The notes below the pieces were generated by a model. That model did no database searches. It was not told the DNA's origin and saw only the letters and a list, made by a program, of their open reading frames with translations. Source: Patescibacteria group bacterium (GTDB lineage Bacteria; Patescibacteriota; Minisyncoccia; Phycocordibacterales; PALSA-1337). Taken from it: a stretch of DNA of 64,000 bases. The translations under genes and the position numbers were made by a program. This document shows positions 19,294 to 28,279 of the stretch, one piece after another. Numbering within the stretch: position 1 is the stretch's first letter; each line of letters starts with the position of its first letter. The stretch covers positions 65,260 through 129,259 of the forward strand of contig JANLHG010000005.1 in the NCBI GenBank assembly GCA_024654575.1. The letters are read 5' to 3'.

Positions 19294-20808
19294 ATGGAAA
19301 AAACATCTTCAGCTCAAAATAATATTGGTATTTCGCGTCCTCCAATTGTCGTCATAATGGGACATATTGATCATGGAAAATCCACCTTACTTGATTACAT
19401 AAGAAAATCAAATACAACATCTGGTGAAGCAGGAGGTATTACGCAACACTTAGGAGCTTATGAAGTAACACAAGCAAGTAAAAAAATCACCTTTTTAGAC
19501 ACCCCCGGACATGAAGCATTTTGTGGAATTAGAACTAGAGGAGCAAATGTTGCTGATTTAGCTATTTTAGTTGTGTCAGCGGAAGATGGAGTCAAAACTC
19601 AAACACTTGAAGCATTACAATGTATCAAAAGTGCTGAACTTCCATATATTGTAGCTATAAATAAAATTGACAAACCAGAAGCCAATGTGGAAAGAATAAA
19701 ACAAAACTTAGCCGAGAACGAAATATATCTTGAAGGTTATGGAGGAGACATCCCGTATGTTCCAATATCAGCCATTACAGGTGATGGAATTCCAGAGCTT
19801 CTTGATACCATACTTCTTGTCGCAGAAATGGAAGAATTAAAAGCAGAACCAAATAAACCAGCAGAAGGTTTTGTTATAGAAGCTAACCTTGATAACAAAA
19901 AAGGAGTATCCGCCACCCTTCTCATAAAAAATGGCACAATTAAAACTGGAATGTACATAGTAATCGGTGATACTTTTTCTCCAATAAGAAATATTGAAGA
20001 TTTCCAAGGTAAAAAAATAAAGGAAGCGACATTTTCAAGTCCAGTCAAAATATTAGGATTTAATAAAGTTCCCGAAGTTGGTTCATCATTCGTAACTTGT
20101 AAAACAAAAAAGGAAGCTGAAAATTTGGCAGAAAAAAATAAAATTTCTGAAATATCATCAAAAAAAGTAACCACCTCCACCGAGGGATTCGGCGAGCCAA
20201 ACAGAATAATCATTCCCATAATTATAAAAACAGATGTTACTGGTAGTATGGAAGGAGTTAAACATGAACTTAACAAAATAAAACTTGAACGGGTTGCGAT
20301 TAAAATAATTCAAGAAGGCATAGGTGATATTACTGAAAATGATATAAAAATTGCGGATGGTATGAAAGATATAATCATAATAGGATTTAATGTGTCGGTT
20401 GATTCAAAAGCTAGAACTCTAGCAGAAAGATTGGGAGTGAGTATAGAAATATTTAAAGTAATTTATAAAATAAATGAATATGTTGAAAAAATTGCTTTAG
20501 GAAGAACACCTAAAATTAAAACTGAAGAAACTACTGGTACCGCTAAAATCATAAGAGTATTTAGTAAAAATAAAGATAAACAAATACTAGGTGGAAAAGT
20601 ACAAACAGGCATACTTAATGTAGGTTCAGAAGTTAAAATAATAAGAAGAGAAACGGAAATCGCAATAGGTAAAATACGAGAACTTCAATCTCAAAAATTA
20701 AGAGTTTCAGAAGTGAAAGAAGGATTTGAATTTGGAACAATGATTGAATCTAAAATAGAAATTATGCCCGGAGATAAAATTGAGGCCTTTAAGATAATTG
20801 AAAAATAA
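19294..20808 (+). CDS. infB: Translation initiation factor IF-2 (short form: G domain through C2)
   Basis: [29 protein letters not shown]-motifs; C-terminal beta-barrels; followed by rbfA. Confidence 0.85.
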   Translation: MEKTSSAQNNIGISRPPIVVIMGHIDHGKSTLLDYIRKSNTTSGEAGGITQHLGAYEVTQASKKITFLDTPGHEAFCGIRTRGANVADLAILVVSAEDGVKTQTLEALQCIKSAELPYIVAINKIDKPEANVERIKQNLAENEIYLEGYGGDIPYVPISAITGDGIPELLDTILLVAEMEELKAEPNKPAEGFVIEANLDNKKGVSATLLIKNGTIKTGMYIVIGDTFSPIRNIEDFQGKKIKEATFSSPVKILGFNKVPEVGSSFVTCKTKKEAENLAEKNKISEISSKKVTTSTEGFGEPNRIIIPIIIKTDVTGSMEGVKHELNKIKLERVAIKIIQEGIGDITENDIKIADGMKDIIIIGFNVSVDSKARTLAERLGVSIEIFKVIYKINEYVEKIALGRTPKIKTEETTGTAKIIRVFSKNKDKQILGGKVQTGILNVGSEVKIIRRETEIAIGKIRELQSQKLRVSEVKEGFEFGTMIESKIEIMPGDKIEAFKIIEK

Positions 20809-20810
20809 TT

Positions 20811-21134
20811 ATGAAAGACATCAAAGGACTAAAAATAAAAGCTCAAATTCATGAACTTGCCTCAAAGTTTCTTCAACGAGAATCAAATCACCTCTCGCTT
20901 ATCACAGTCACGGATATTATGATAAGCAAAGATAGTAAACGAATGACTATCTTTTTTACTGTCCTTCCAGAAACAAAAGAAAAAGCAGCTTTAGATTTTA
21001 CAAAAAGAAAAAGAAGTGAATTTAGAGAATATGTTAAAAATAATTCACGAATGCAACGAATTCCCTTTTTTGATTTTGCCATAGATGGTGGTGAAAAAAA
21101 TCGACAAAAAATTGACGAGATAGCAAGATTGTAG
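20811..21134 (+). CDS. rbfA: Ribosome-binding factor A
   Basis: 107 aa; KH-like RbfA pattern; conserved infB-rbfA synteny. Confidence 0.75.
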   Translation: MKDIKGLKIKAQIHELASKFLQRESNHLSLITVTDIMISKDSKRMTIFFTVLPETKEKAALDFTKRKRSEFREYVKNNSRMQRIPFFDFAIDGGEKNRQKIDEIARL

Positions 21135-21177
21135 AATTTTGATAATATATTGAAAGGATCGTTGAAAGAGAAATATG

Positions 21178-21248
21178 GCCATGTAGACAAGTGGTAAGTC
21201 AGCAGTCTGCAAAACTGCTATACGCGAGTTCGATTCTCGCCATGGCCT
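21178..21248 (+). tRNA. tRNA-Cys (anticodon GCA)
   Basis: ggccatg.../catggcc acceptor stem, anticodon loop ctGCAaa. Confidence 0.85.
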
Positions 21249-21317
21249 CCCTAAAACAATTTGCTAGCAAATTGTTCGGGCGAATAATTCGTCCGAAAGA
21301 CGAATTGTTTTAGCCAA

Positions 21318-21402
21318 GCCCGAGTGGTGGAACTGGTATACACGCACGACTTAAAATCGTGTCTCGTAAGGGATGTGGGTTCGATTCCCACCTCGGGCAC
21401 CA
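21318..21402 (+). tRNA. tRNA-Leu (anticodon TAA), long variable arm, encoded CCA
   Basis: gcccgag.../ctcgggc-a-cca; anticodon loop ctTAAaa. Confidence 0.85.
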
Positions 21403-21433
21403 AAATAGAAAAAAGCATAATAATCTAATACAC

Positions 21434-21462
21434 TTGACACAAAGTCAAGATGGGTGTATACT
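21434..21462 (+). promoter_or_regulatory. Consensus sigma70 promoter TTGACA-17-TATACT
   Basis: cTTGACAcaaagtcaagatgggtgTATACTagag, just downstream of tRNA-Leu(TAA). Confidence 0.55.
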
Positions 21463-21507
21463 AGAGAATGGTAATAGAGTTCCTTGTCATCAACCAAAAA
21501 ACTAACT

Positions 21508-21696
21508 ATGAAGAAATGTCTTCTCATCGGAGGGGTTCTAGTTGTGCTTTTGGGAGCTTTGCTCCCAAAACTCACTGAGACTCCTACTCACCAACCTCAA
21601 TCCATCAACAAAACTAGCTCCTCTGTCTCGCCTGTTGCGAAAACAGAGAAAGTGTATCGCTTCCACCTTACGGGTGTTAAAGCGGTTGCAGAATAA
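21508..21696 (+). CDS. Small predicted secreted/membrane protein (62 aa, signal peptide), ~48% GC
   Basis: MKKCLLIGGVLVVLLGALLPKL...; compositionally atypical; unknown function. Confidence 0.35.
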   Translation: MKKCLLIGGVLVVLLGALLPKLTETPTHQPQSINKTSSSVSPVAKTEKVYRFHLTGVKAVAE

Positions 21697-21737
21697 ATAC
21701 GGAAAACAAACAGAAAATCAAGAAAGAAAAAAATAGA

Positions 21738-22817
21738 ATGAAAAAGTTAATTGCAGTACTTATCGGACTTCTTATCATCCCAGTGACATTCGCGCAGGCC
21801 GCGGATCAACTTCCGCCGACCTTGCCGATTGATTCGCCGGAAATGCTTATCGCCAACGCGAAACGGATGGTGACAAGCGTTTCGGTTTGGGTGAATTCTC
21901 AAGGGTTCATGCATGATGAAAGCACGGTCACCAGTTTCAACAAGCCGTACACGCCGTCGCTTGAAGGTCAGGCGGATTTCGCAGAAATTCTAAACATCGC
22001 CAGTTTGGCGGAGTTTAATTTCAAAACACGAAATCCGAAGGACTGGATATCACTTTCAGTCGCATTCCGCGGTGTCGTGGGAAATGAGTACGAAAAGCAG
22101 GAGATTGATCTTTTCAATGGCGGGACAGGGTTTAATCTGATTGAAAAGAATGGAACCTATTCTTTGCCGGAACCGCCATTCCTTGTGTCGGTTTATCCGA
22201 ACGGGCAGTTGCCACTTATCATTCCCGGTGCTAATGACGCTGAAGTTGCGTTTTTAGACCATCGTGGACAAACAGTGCAAACGGAATGGTTGGAACAGAT
22301 TGCTCCTGGAGTATTTTTGTTCAACCGCTACTGGGCGGGACAAAAAAATGTTCAGGTCATGGCCACAAGTTACGGCAACGATGGTCAGTCAAGCCGAGCA
22401 GTTTACAACGCTCTCACGGGAGAGCGCGAAGAAATTCGTCAAGCAAAATTGACAGCATCGGCGAGAATGGAAGAAATTGTTATTATCCCGACGGACCAGA
22501 ATACCGTCATGATAAATATGACAGACGCGCAGAGTGCGCGGTCGCTGAAAAATGGCGTGTCGCCACTCGTGCAGGTTCGGTTCACCGAGCCCAAAATGCT
22601 CGCCTTCTATGCAGAAGTCCAAGACGAAGTCGCGAATGGTTTTTGGATTCGGCGTGCCGACACAAATACCTGGGTATATTTTTCGATTACCCAGGGAGCA
22701 TTGGCTGAGGTTTCCGTTCCGGAAGCGGGTGTCTACGACATTGTGATTGACTGGCCGACATTTGGGAAGCAACAGCAGACCTTCGGGGACTACTGCTGTG
22801 GAGAAGGAAAAGGTTAG
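21738..22817 (+). CDS. Secreted hypothetical protein; compositionally foreign (about 55-60% GC body after an AT-rich signal-peptide region)
   Basis: 359 aa with Sec signal peptide (..VTFAQA|AD); GC jumps from about 35% to about 60% near nt 21790; several spurious overlapping ORFs in other frames, as expected for high-GC DNA. Confidence 0.65.
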   Translation: MKKLIAVLIGLLIIPVTFAQAADQLPPTLPIDSPEMLIANAKRMVTSVSVWVNSQGFMHDESTVTSFNKPYTPSLEGQADFAEILNIASLAEFNFKTRNPKDWISLSVAFRGVVGNEYEKQEIDLFNGGTGFNLIEKNGTYSLPEPPFLVSVYPNGQLPLIIPGANDAEVAFLDHRGQTVQTEWLEQIAPGVFLFNRYWAGQKNVQVMATSYGNDGQSSRAVYNALTGEREEIRQAKLTASARMEEIVIIPTDQNTVMINMTDAQSARSLKNGVSPLVQVRFTEPKMLAFYAEVQDEVANGFWIRRADTNTWVYFSITQGALAEVSVPEAGVYDIVIDWPTFGKQQQTFGDYCCGEGKG

Positions 22818-22952
22818 GTTTGGTTGATTAAACACAGAGGGCGCACTTGGATTTACAAATCCTTGTGCGCCTTTTCTTTTTGAAAATCAATTTGATATTC
22901 CTTTAAAAATCTGTTACATTTTATGTTGTTGCTCTAATAGATGTTATAAATT

Positions 22953-23025
22953 GCGCCTATAGCTCAGTTGGTAGAGCAACCGCCTCTTAAGCGGTGGGTC
23001 CATGGTTCGAATCCATGTGGGCGCA
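22953..23025 (+). tRNA. tRNA-Lys (anticodon CTT)
   Basis: gcgccta...tgggcgc-a; anticodon loop ctCTTaa; ggttcgaatcc T-loop. Confidence 0.85.
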
Positions 23026-23026
23026 C

Positions 23027-23076
23027 AGACTTTAAAAAAATATAAACTGCTTTATATTTTTTTAAAGTCTGTGCGA
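23027..23076. terminator. Long perfect palindrome (about 21-bp stem) after tRNA-Lys
   Basis: cagactttaaaaaaatataaa-ctg-ctttatatttttttaaagtctg. Confidence 0.5.
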
Positions 23077-23186
23077 AGCGCAGTGATGTTTTTGTTTGAG
23101 CGAAGCGAAAGGCAAAAACCACGAGCTGGGGTCGCGAGATTTTTTCGTCAGAAAAAATACTTGTGACCACCAGTTAAAAAATATAT

Positions 23187-23270
23187 GCCGGGGTGGCGAA
23201 ATGGCAGACGCACTTGCCTTAGGAGCAAGCGGAGTAATCCATGGAGGTTCGAGTCCTCTCCCCGGCACCA
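23187..23270 (+). tRNA. tRNA-Leu (anticodon TAG), long variable arm, encoded CCA
   Basis: gccgggg.../ccccggc-a-cca; anticodon loop ctTAGga. Confidence 0.85.
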
Positions 23271-23338
23271 GAAGTAACTTGTTCGGAATTAAGAATATTG
23301 ATAATTTGATAAATTTAAATTTTGGAAGAAAAAATAAC

Positions 23339-24382
23339 ATGAACCACCAAAAATCAGAACTTTATTTTTTACTTATTCTACTTTCAGGAATTTTTGTTCT
23401 TGCCTTTTTCATTTTTAAGCCATTTTTCTATGCGTTTATATTAGCAATAGTTTTTGCGACCGTTTTTGGACCATTGCACAAAAAAATACTCACTGTAACG
23501 CGAGAAAAAAGGGGTCTGGCGGCACTCCTCGCCACTCTCTCCGTTCTCGTCGTCGTTGTTGTACCCCTCGCGTTTTTAGGCATACAGATTTTTCAGGAAG
23601 CATCGGGAATCTACTCTTCTCTTGCACAAAACAGCGACGCAACTGATCTTTCTCGCAGTATAGGCGAATACTTACAGAACCTCACCAGATTTTCTCCTGT
23701 GCCGGTAGAGACCTCTTTTGATGTTAGTCAGTACTTAAAACAGGGATTAAGTTTGTTGCTCCAACATCTTGGTCCGCTCTTTGCGAATATTGTGCAAGCA
23801 ATGTTGAGTGTTTTTATATTCCTCGTCACTCTGTATTACTTGTTTAAGGATGGCCACAAACTGAAAAGAGTCGTCGTCACTTTAAGCCCCTTGCAAGATA
23901 TCCACGATGAAACAATTTTTAATAAACTTTCCTTGGCAATTAACTCGGTCATCAGGGGAAATCTTGTAGTGGCACTTGTCCAAGGAACATTAACCGCAAT
24001 CGGGTTTGCCATTTTCGGAATTCCCAATGCGGTGCTTTGGGGTAGTATTGCGACAATAACCGCGTTAATCCCCGGCATTGGAACAGCACTGGTACTCCTT
24101 CCAGCAATTCTCTACCTATACTTCAGCGGAGCGACGCTTTCCGCGGGCGGTCTTCTTCTTTGGGGGATGACGGCAGTGGGGCTCGTTGATAACTTTTTGG
24201 GGCCAAAGCTTATTGAACGAGGAATGCGGCTCCATCCATTTCTTATTCTTCTTTCTATCCTGGGTGGTATTGGATTTTTCGGGCCTCTTGGATTCCTACT
24301 GGGACCGCTTGTTCTTAGCTTGCTATTCGCTTTTCTTGAGATTTATTTTACGATTAGAAAAAATATAAGCGAAATGAATTGA
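23339..24382 (+). CDS. AI-2E family transporter (PerM/YdiK/UPF0118-like); internal segment about 58-63% GC
   Basis: 347 aa polytopic membrane protein matching AI-2E topology. ORF track start 23096 overlaps tRNA-Leu(TAG); ATG 23339 is used instead. GC about 30% for the first about 170 nt and last about 75 nt, about 60% between about 23505 and 24310. Confidence 0.7.
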   Translation: MNHQKSELYFLLILLSGIFVLAFFIFKPFFYAFILAIVFATVFGPLHKKILTVTREKRGLAALLATLSVLVVVVVPLAFLGIQIFQEASGIYSSLAQNSDATDLSRSIGEYLQNLTRFSPVPVETSFDVSQYLKQGLSLLLQHLGPLFANIVQAMLSVFIFLVTLYYLFKDGHKLKRVVVTLSPLQDIHDETIFNKLSLAINSVIRGNLVVALVQGTLTAIGFAIFGIPNAVLWGSIATITALIPGIGTALVLLPAILYLYFSGATLSAGGLLLWGMTAVGLVDNFLGPKLIERGMRLHPFLILLSILGGIGFFGPLGFLLGPLVLSLLFAFLEIYFTIRKNISEMN

Positions 24383-24431
24383 CTTATTTTTATATATGTG
24401 ATACTGTATCATCAGTAGTAGAAAGCACATT

Positions 24432-24776
24432 ATGAAAAAAATTCTAATCGTAGAAGATGACGGGCCTATCTTGAATATCCTTTCAGAACTTCTAAAAGCC
24501 ATTGGACATGAAATCCTGACCGCTGAAAACGCGGAAAAAGGATTGGAAGTGTTTCAAAATAACAAAGACATTGATGTTGTTTTAACAGACGATGCGATGC
24601 CTGTAGAGGGCGACGGGTGTAAACTCGTCGCAAAGATACGTCATCAACTCGGTTTTCAAGGAAAAATCATCATGATGTCTGGGACGATTTGCGAAGAAAT
24701 GGCTTTGACGGTAGGAGCTAACTGCTTCTTGTCAAAACCATTTCTGCCAAAAGAGATTTTTTCCGCAGTTCAATAA
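24432..24776 (+). CDS. Stand-alone response-regulator receiver (CheY-like) domain protein
   Basis: ILIVEDDGPIL...VVLTDDAMPVEGDG...KPF receiver-domain pattern (phospho-acceptor D in LTDDAMP). No output domain, no adjacent kinase. Confidence 0.7.
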   Translation: MKKILIVEDDGPILNILSELLKAIGHEILTAENAEKGLEVFQNNKDIDVVLTDDAMPVEGDGCKLVAKIRHQLGFQGKIIMMSGTICEEMALTVGANCFLSKPFLPKEIFSAVQ

Positions 24777-24798
24777 CATCCACCGATGAGGTGGAAAC

Positions 24799-24835
24799 CA
24801 AGCCAGTTCTCACGAACTGGCTTGACTTTATTTAG
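24799..24835 (+). terminator. Intrinsic terminator (10-bp stem) whose 3' arm overlaps the next promoter's -35 (cTTGACT)
   Basis: caagccagtt-ctcacg-aactggcttg + actttattt. Confidence 0.55.
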
Positions 24836-24899
24836 TATATGTGATAGTATATAAGAGAAGCAGATTTTTGACATAAACATACCAACAGAAGGAAAAAAA

Positions 24900-25613
24900 A
24901 TGAAAGTAAAAACATCGAAACAGGTGGCAACTCCTCCTCCACTGCCACCGACGCCAGTAAATATCCCTCAACAAACAGGATCACAAGGACAACAGTCATC
25001 ACCCCCGGCAAATTTAGTAAAAACATACAAACAGGAGATAGGTTTGAGCATCTTGATTCTCCTGTTGGCGTTCTGCTTCTTCTACTTCCTGTTACCTTGG
25101 ATGAAAAACAAGGGAACTTCGGCACTGCCAAAAGTATTAGAAGTGCAAGCTGGACAAAGTCCATTACCAGCACCTTCCACCGGTAGCAATGGAACAACTT
25201 ACTACATTGTGGACCCCAAAGTTCTCGCTGAATTGATTTCTACAAATGTTGCCGGGGGAATTCATATAACACAAATTGCGACACAAACTGTAGATGGACA
25301 AAGAGCAAATGGTAGCAATACCACCAATACTACTGCTCCATCGACAACAACAACCAATTCACAGCAAGTTGAAAAGCAACCTGTGAATGTAGAAATCCAT
25401 GAACTTGCAAATTGCGGATCATTCTATGAGTTTGAGGTTCCTGACGAACAAAATGTTCGTTGGGATCAAACTGAGGGAAGCAAGATGATCGTCTATGTAG
25501 ACGGCTTCACCTACACTGGAACAGCTACGGCATTCCAGACAGGCAAAAAAATTAAGTTCGTCTCGCAGACAACCTTCCCTTTTAAGATAAGGCTACGGTT
25601 CTACGAGAAATAG
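24900..25613 (+). CDS. Hypothetical membrane-anchored protein with proline-rich N-terminus and Thr/Asn-rich linker
   Basis: PPPLPPTPVNIPQ low-complexity, one TM (LSILILLLAFCFFYFLLPW), then extracytoplasmic domain; no recognised family. Confidence 0.45.
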   Translation: MKVKTSKQVATPPPLPPTPVNIPQQTGSQGQQSSPPANLVKTYKQEIGLSILILLLAFCFFYFLLPWMKNKGTSALPKVLEVQAGQSPLPAPSTGSNGTTYYIVDPKVLAELISTNVAGGIHITQIATQTVDGQRANGSNTTNTTAPSTTTTNSQQVEKQPVNVEIHELANCGSFYEFEVPDEQNVRWDQTEGSKMIVYVDGFTYTGTATAFQTGKKIKFVSQTTFPFKIRLRFYEK

Positions 25614-25751
25614 ATCTTCGCTCATTGCTATGAGCTCACGAAAGGGATTGACTTCGGTCTCTCCCTTTTTTTATTGACTTTTTTACAGATATACTGTATT
25701 ATATAAAGAGATCGATAAACACTTTGATCCTTGAAACCTTAAAATTTACCT

Positions 25752-26630
25752 ATGAAAGTTATTACAAATCTAGTGATATGGGCTTTTACTCTTATCCTAT
25801 TGTTAGCGCTCGAAAATCACATCCTCTGGCCAACCGCCAGTCCTGTGATTAGCATCGTTGTATTGATACTTATACTGTTTGCAACACGAAAGTGGTGGTT
25901 CGTACTTACCGAAGGTAATACGGGAGTTGTGTTATTTGATCCCATGTTCAATCATCTTTCTGAAATTTCAGGTGGGTTGAGTATGAAATTGCCATGGGAG
26001 AGTATATACAAAACCATAGATACTCGCAAGGATATCTTTACAATGAAACATTTAGACGGAGAAAACTATCCGACAGCCAATGGATTCTTGCTTGAAGTAA
26101 AATGGATTGTGGTAATTTCTCCAAATATTGGCCATTTAGTCAATTTTGTGAGATTTAAACCAGAAGATGCTCAAACGCAGGTCCGTGCTCGAGTCACTGC
26201 ATTTCTCAATGCATACATAAATCAACGTAGTGATAATGAAGTGATTGGTGGTATAAAAAAAAGGTCAGTGCCCGGATTTCATACTCTACGAAACGATTTT
26301 GAAAATTTATTTAATGGACAAAATCTCCACCAGATAGAAAAAGATTATGGCATTTGGACTGGCAAACCAGAGGTGTTTGATGTAGACCGCGATGCAGAAT
26401 CGCAAAAAACACGAGCAACTAAAGGAAAAGTAGAAGCTCTTAAAGAAGCAGCTGATTTTCTAGTAGAGAGTTCTAAAGTTAAAGGTAAACCAACACTAAC
26501 ATATAAGGAGGCATTAAAAATCGCCCAAACAGAACACGAGACAAGAAAAGCTGAGAGTATTGATTTGGATGTTTCAGGATTACCAGGTGGAATCCAATCA
26601 TTCATTGTACCAATGAAGGGAAAAACTTAA
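25752..26630 (+). CDS. SPFH/band-7 (prohibitin/stomatin-like) domain membrane protein, paralog 1
   Basis: N-terminal 2 TM; then VVLFDP..LPWESIYKTIDTRKDIF..YPTANGFLLEVKWIVVIS..VRF.PEDAQTQVRARVTAFL..SDNEVIGG, colinear with SPFH core, then alanine-rich coiled-coil tail. Confidence 0.5.
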   Translation: MKVITNLVIWAFTLILLLALENHILWPTASPVISIVVLILILFATRKWWFVLTEGNTGVVLFDPMFNHLSEISGGLSMKLPWESIYKTIDTRKDIFTMKHLDGENYPTANGFLLEVKWIVVISPNIGHLVNFVRFKPEDAQTQVRARVTAFLNAYINQRSDNEVIGGIKKRSVPGFHTLRNDFENLFNGQNLHQIEKDYGIWTGKPEVFDVDRDAESQKTRATKGKVEALKEAADFLVESSKVKGKPTLTYKEALKIAQTEHETRKAESIDLDVSGLPGGIQSFIVPMKGKT

Positions 26631-26720
26631 AAAACAAAGGGTAGACATTTATTTTTGATGTCTACCCTTTTATTGACACACACATAACTATATACTACTC
26701 TTTGAAATAGAAAGGTAAAC

Positions 26721-27581
26721 ATGAGACTACTAACAAACTTAATGATATGGATTCTGTCCTTTGTCATCACGGTATCTTTAGCTACTTTAATCATCCCCTC
26801 CGTTGGAGGGGCAATAATCGGTGCCATAATCTGGCTCATTGTCTTTAGCAAGACATTCAAACACTTCGTCGTGTCTGTTGGAAACAACGAGGGTTGGGTT
26901 ATTTTTGACCCACTCTTTAATATGCAACACGAACTCTCATCAGGATGGTGTTGTAAATTCTTTTGGGAAAAATTCTACGAAAAAATTGATATGAGGAAAA
27001 AAATACTTGTAGAAAATAACCCATGCGAAATATACCCAACCATCAACGGAGTAACCATTAAAATAAAATGGATAATACGCTTACAACCACTTAAAGGTTA
27101 CTTGATAAACTTCACTTCTTTTCATCAAAAAAATGTAGAAACTCAATTAAGATCAAAAATAAAAGCGTTTCTGAATGGTTATATTACCACTAGAAGTGAT
27201 GACGAAATTATTGGAGGAAAAAATAAAAATCCAAACAAAGGATTTGAAGAACTCCATAAGGCGTTCGAACTTTTATTTAATGAAAAAAAAATAAACGACT
27301 GGAAAAAGGAATGTGGTATTTGGACTGGTATACCGGACCTTTACGATGCTGATCGTGATGTTGAGGCACAAAAAGCATTGGCAACCAAGCAACTGGCGCT
27401 TGCTCTCGAGGAGACAGCTAAAGCTTTAGTAGAGGCATCTAAAGTAAACAACATTGCCACTATAACCTTTGAAAATGCTTTTGAAAAAGCAATGATTCTT
27501 AATAAATCCACAGCATCTTCAACGGTCAGGTATGAAGGATTACCGCAAGATGCAAAAACACTCATAGTTGGACAAAAATAA
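26721..27581 (+). CDS. SPFH/band-7 domain membrane protein, paralog 2
   Basis: Same architecture and conserved blocks as 25752..26630 (WVIFDPLFN, YPTINGVTIKIKWII, RSKIKAFLNGYITTRSDDEIIGG); own TTGACA promoter and terminator. Confidence 0.5.
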   Translation: MRLLTNLMIWILSFVITVSLATLIIPSVGGAIIGAIIWLIVFSKTFKHFVVSVGNNEGWVIFDPLFNMQHELSSGWCCKFFWEKFYEKIDMRKKILVENNPCEIYPTINGVTIKIKWIIRLQPLKGYLINFTSFHQKNVETQLRSKIKAFLNGYITTRSDDEIIGGKNKNPNKGFEELHKAFELLFNEKKINDWKKECGIWTGIPDLYDADRDVEAQKALATKQLALALEETAKALVEASKVNNIATITFENAFEKAMILNKSTASSTVRYEGLPQDAKTLIVGQK

Positions 27582-27641
27582 AGAAAAACAAAAAGGTGTC
27601 GCACAAAGCGACGCCTTTTATTTATCCCGCCTTGGCGGGAT

Positions 27642-27899
27642 TTATACCCCGATAGTTCCTTTAATTATATTAATTATCCCATAAGCACCAAACATAATAA
27701 CCATACCAACAAGTCCCCAGAGAATATGCTGACTACCTGTCACCCTAGCAGTCGGGTCATTTGATTTTACAAAATACTCAAAAACACCATAAAGAAAGAA
27801 AATGAGAGCTAAAGCAAACATCAAGCCAATTGCCGGATTGACTATGTAGTCAGCAATTTTTGTTAAAACTTGAGTAATAGCTGGATTTTCTTTAGACAC
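27642..27899 (-). CDS. Small 2-TM protein, paralog family member 1 (VirB2/TrbC-like topology)
   Basis: 85 aa; GTG start overlaps upstream TAG (TAGTG); shares ..hVxYh...(G/K)..h.WGhhGhhhhhu.WGLhN core with four neighbours. Confidence 0.45.
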   Translation of the reverse strand: MSKENPAITQVLTKIADYIVNPAIGLMFALALIFFLYGVFEYFVKSNDPTARVTGSQHILWGLVGMVIMFGAYGIINIIKGTIGV

Positions 27900-28279
27900 T
27901 AAATAGTTTGATTAATTCTTAATACATTAGGAATTTGATTTTGGTCAACAATATTATTCAAACCAAATGTTTGAACTAAGATATTTACCAATCCCCAAAT
28001 GGAAAGAATAACAAACAAACCTATCACTCCCCATTTTATATGGCTCTTACCAACTTCTTTATCATCTTCATTACCTGCAACTACATATTTTACGATTGCG
28101 TATATAAGCCAAACTACTGCAACAGAAATAAGTATAGGAATAATGGCGTTAAGAATAGTATTAACCTTTCCAAATAAACTATTTGCATCAAGAACACGAC
28201 TATAGGTAGGTACTACCTGTTGAGCGAAAGCTATGATAGGTAAAACAAACAAAGAAACTGCCGTGATTATTTTTTTCAT
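27899..28279 (-). CDS. Small secreted 2-TM protein, paralog 2 (VirB2/TrbC-like)
   Basis: 126 aa; Sec signal peptide MKKIITAVSLFVLPIIAFAQQ; ..AVVWLIYAIVKYVVAGNEDDKEVGKSHIKWGVIGLFVILSIWGLVNILVQTFGLNN. Confidence 0.45.
   Translation of the reverse strand: MKKIITAVSLFVLPIIAFAQQVVPTYSRVLDANSLFGKVNTILNAIIPILISVAVVWLIYAIVKYVVAGNEDDKEVGKSHIKWGVIGLFVILSIWGLVNILVQTFGLNNIVDQNQIPNVLRINQTI

Noticed and set aside
19737-20276. 179-aa minus-strand ORF
   Set aside because: Antisense shadow ORF inside infB.
21351-21575. 74-aa minus-strand ORF
   Set aside because: Overlaps tRNA-Leu(TAA) and the island promoter. Spurious.
22264-22835. Several overlapping ORFs in other frames (22264..22452+, 22286..22708+, 22389..22835-, 22552..22746+)
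   Set aside because: They lie within the about 60% GC segment, where stop codons are rare in all frames. All overlap the long signal-peptide-bearing ORF 21738..22817.
22964-23340. ORFs 22964..23170- and 23062..23340-, and the 23096 start of the plus ORF
   Set aside because: They overlap tRNA-Lys and tRNA-Leu(TAG) and the palindromic terminator. The AI-2E transporter is assigned to ATG 23339 instead.
21430-25700. Classic tRNA-integrated genomic island or prophage
   Set aside because: There is no integrase or recombinase gene and no direct repeat of a tRNA 3' end. The compositional anomaly is instead intragenic and mosaic.
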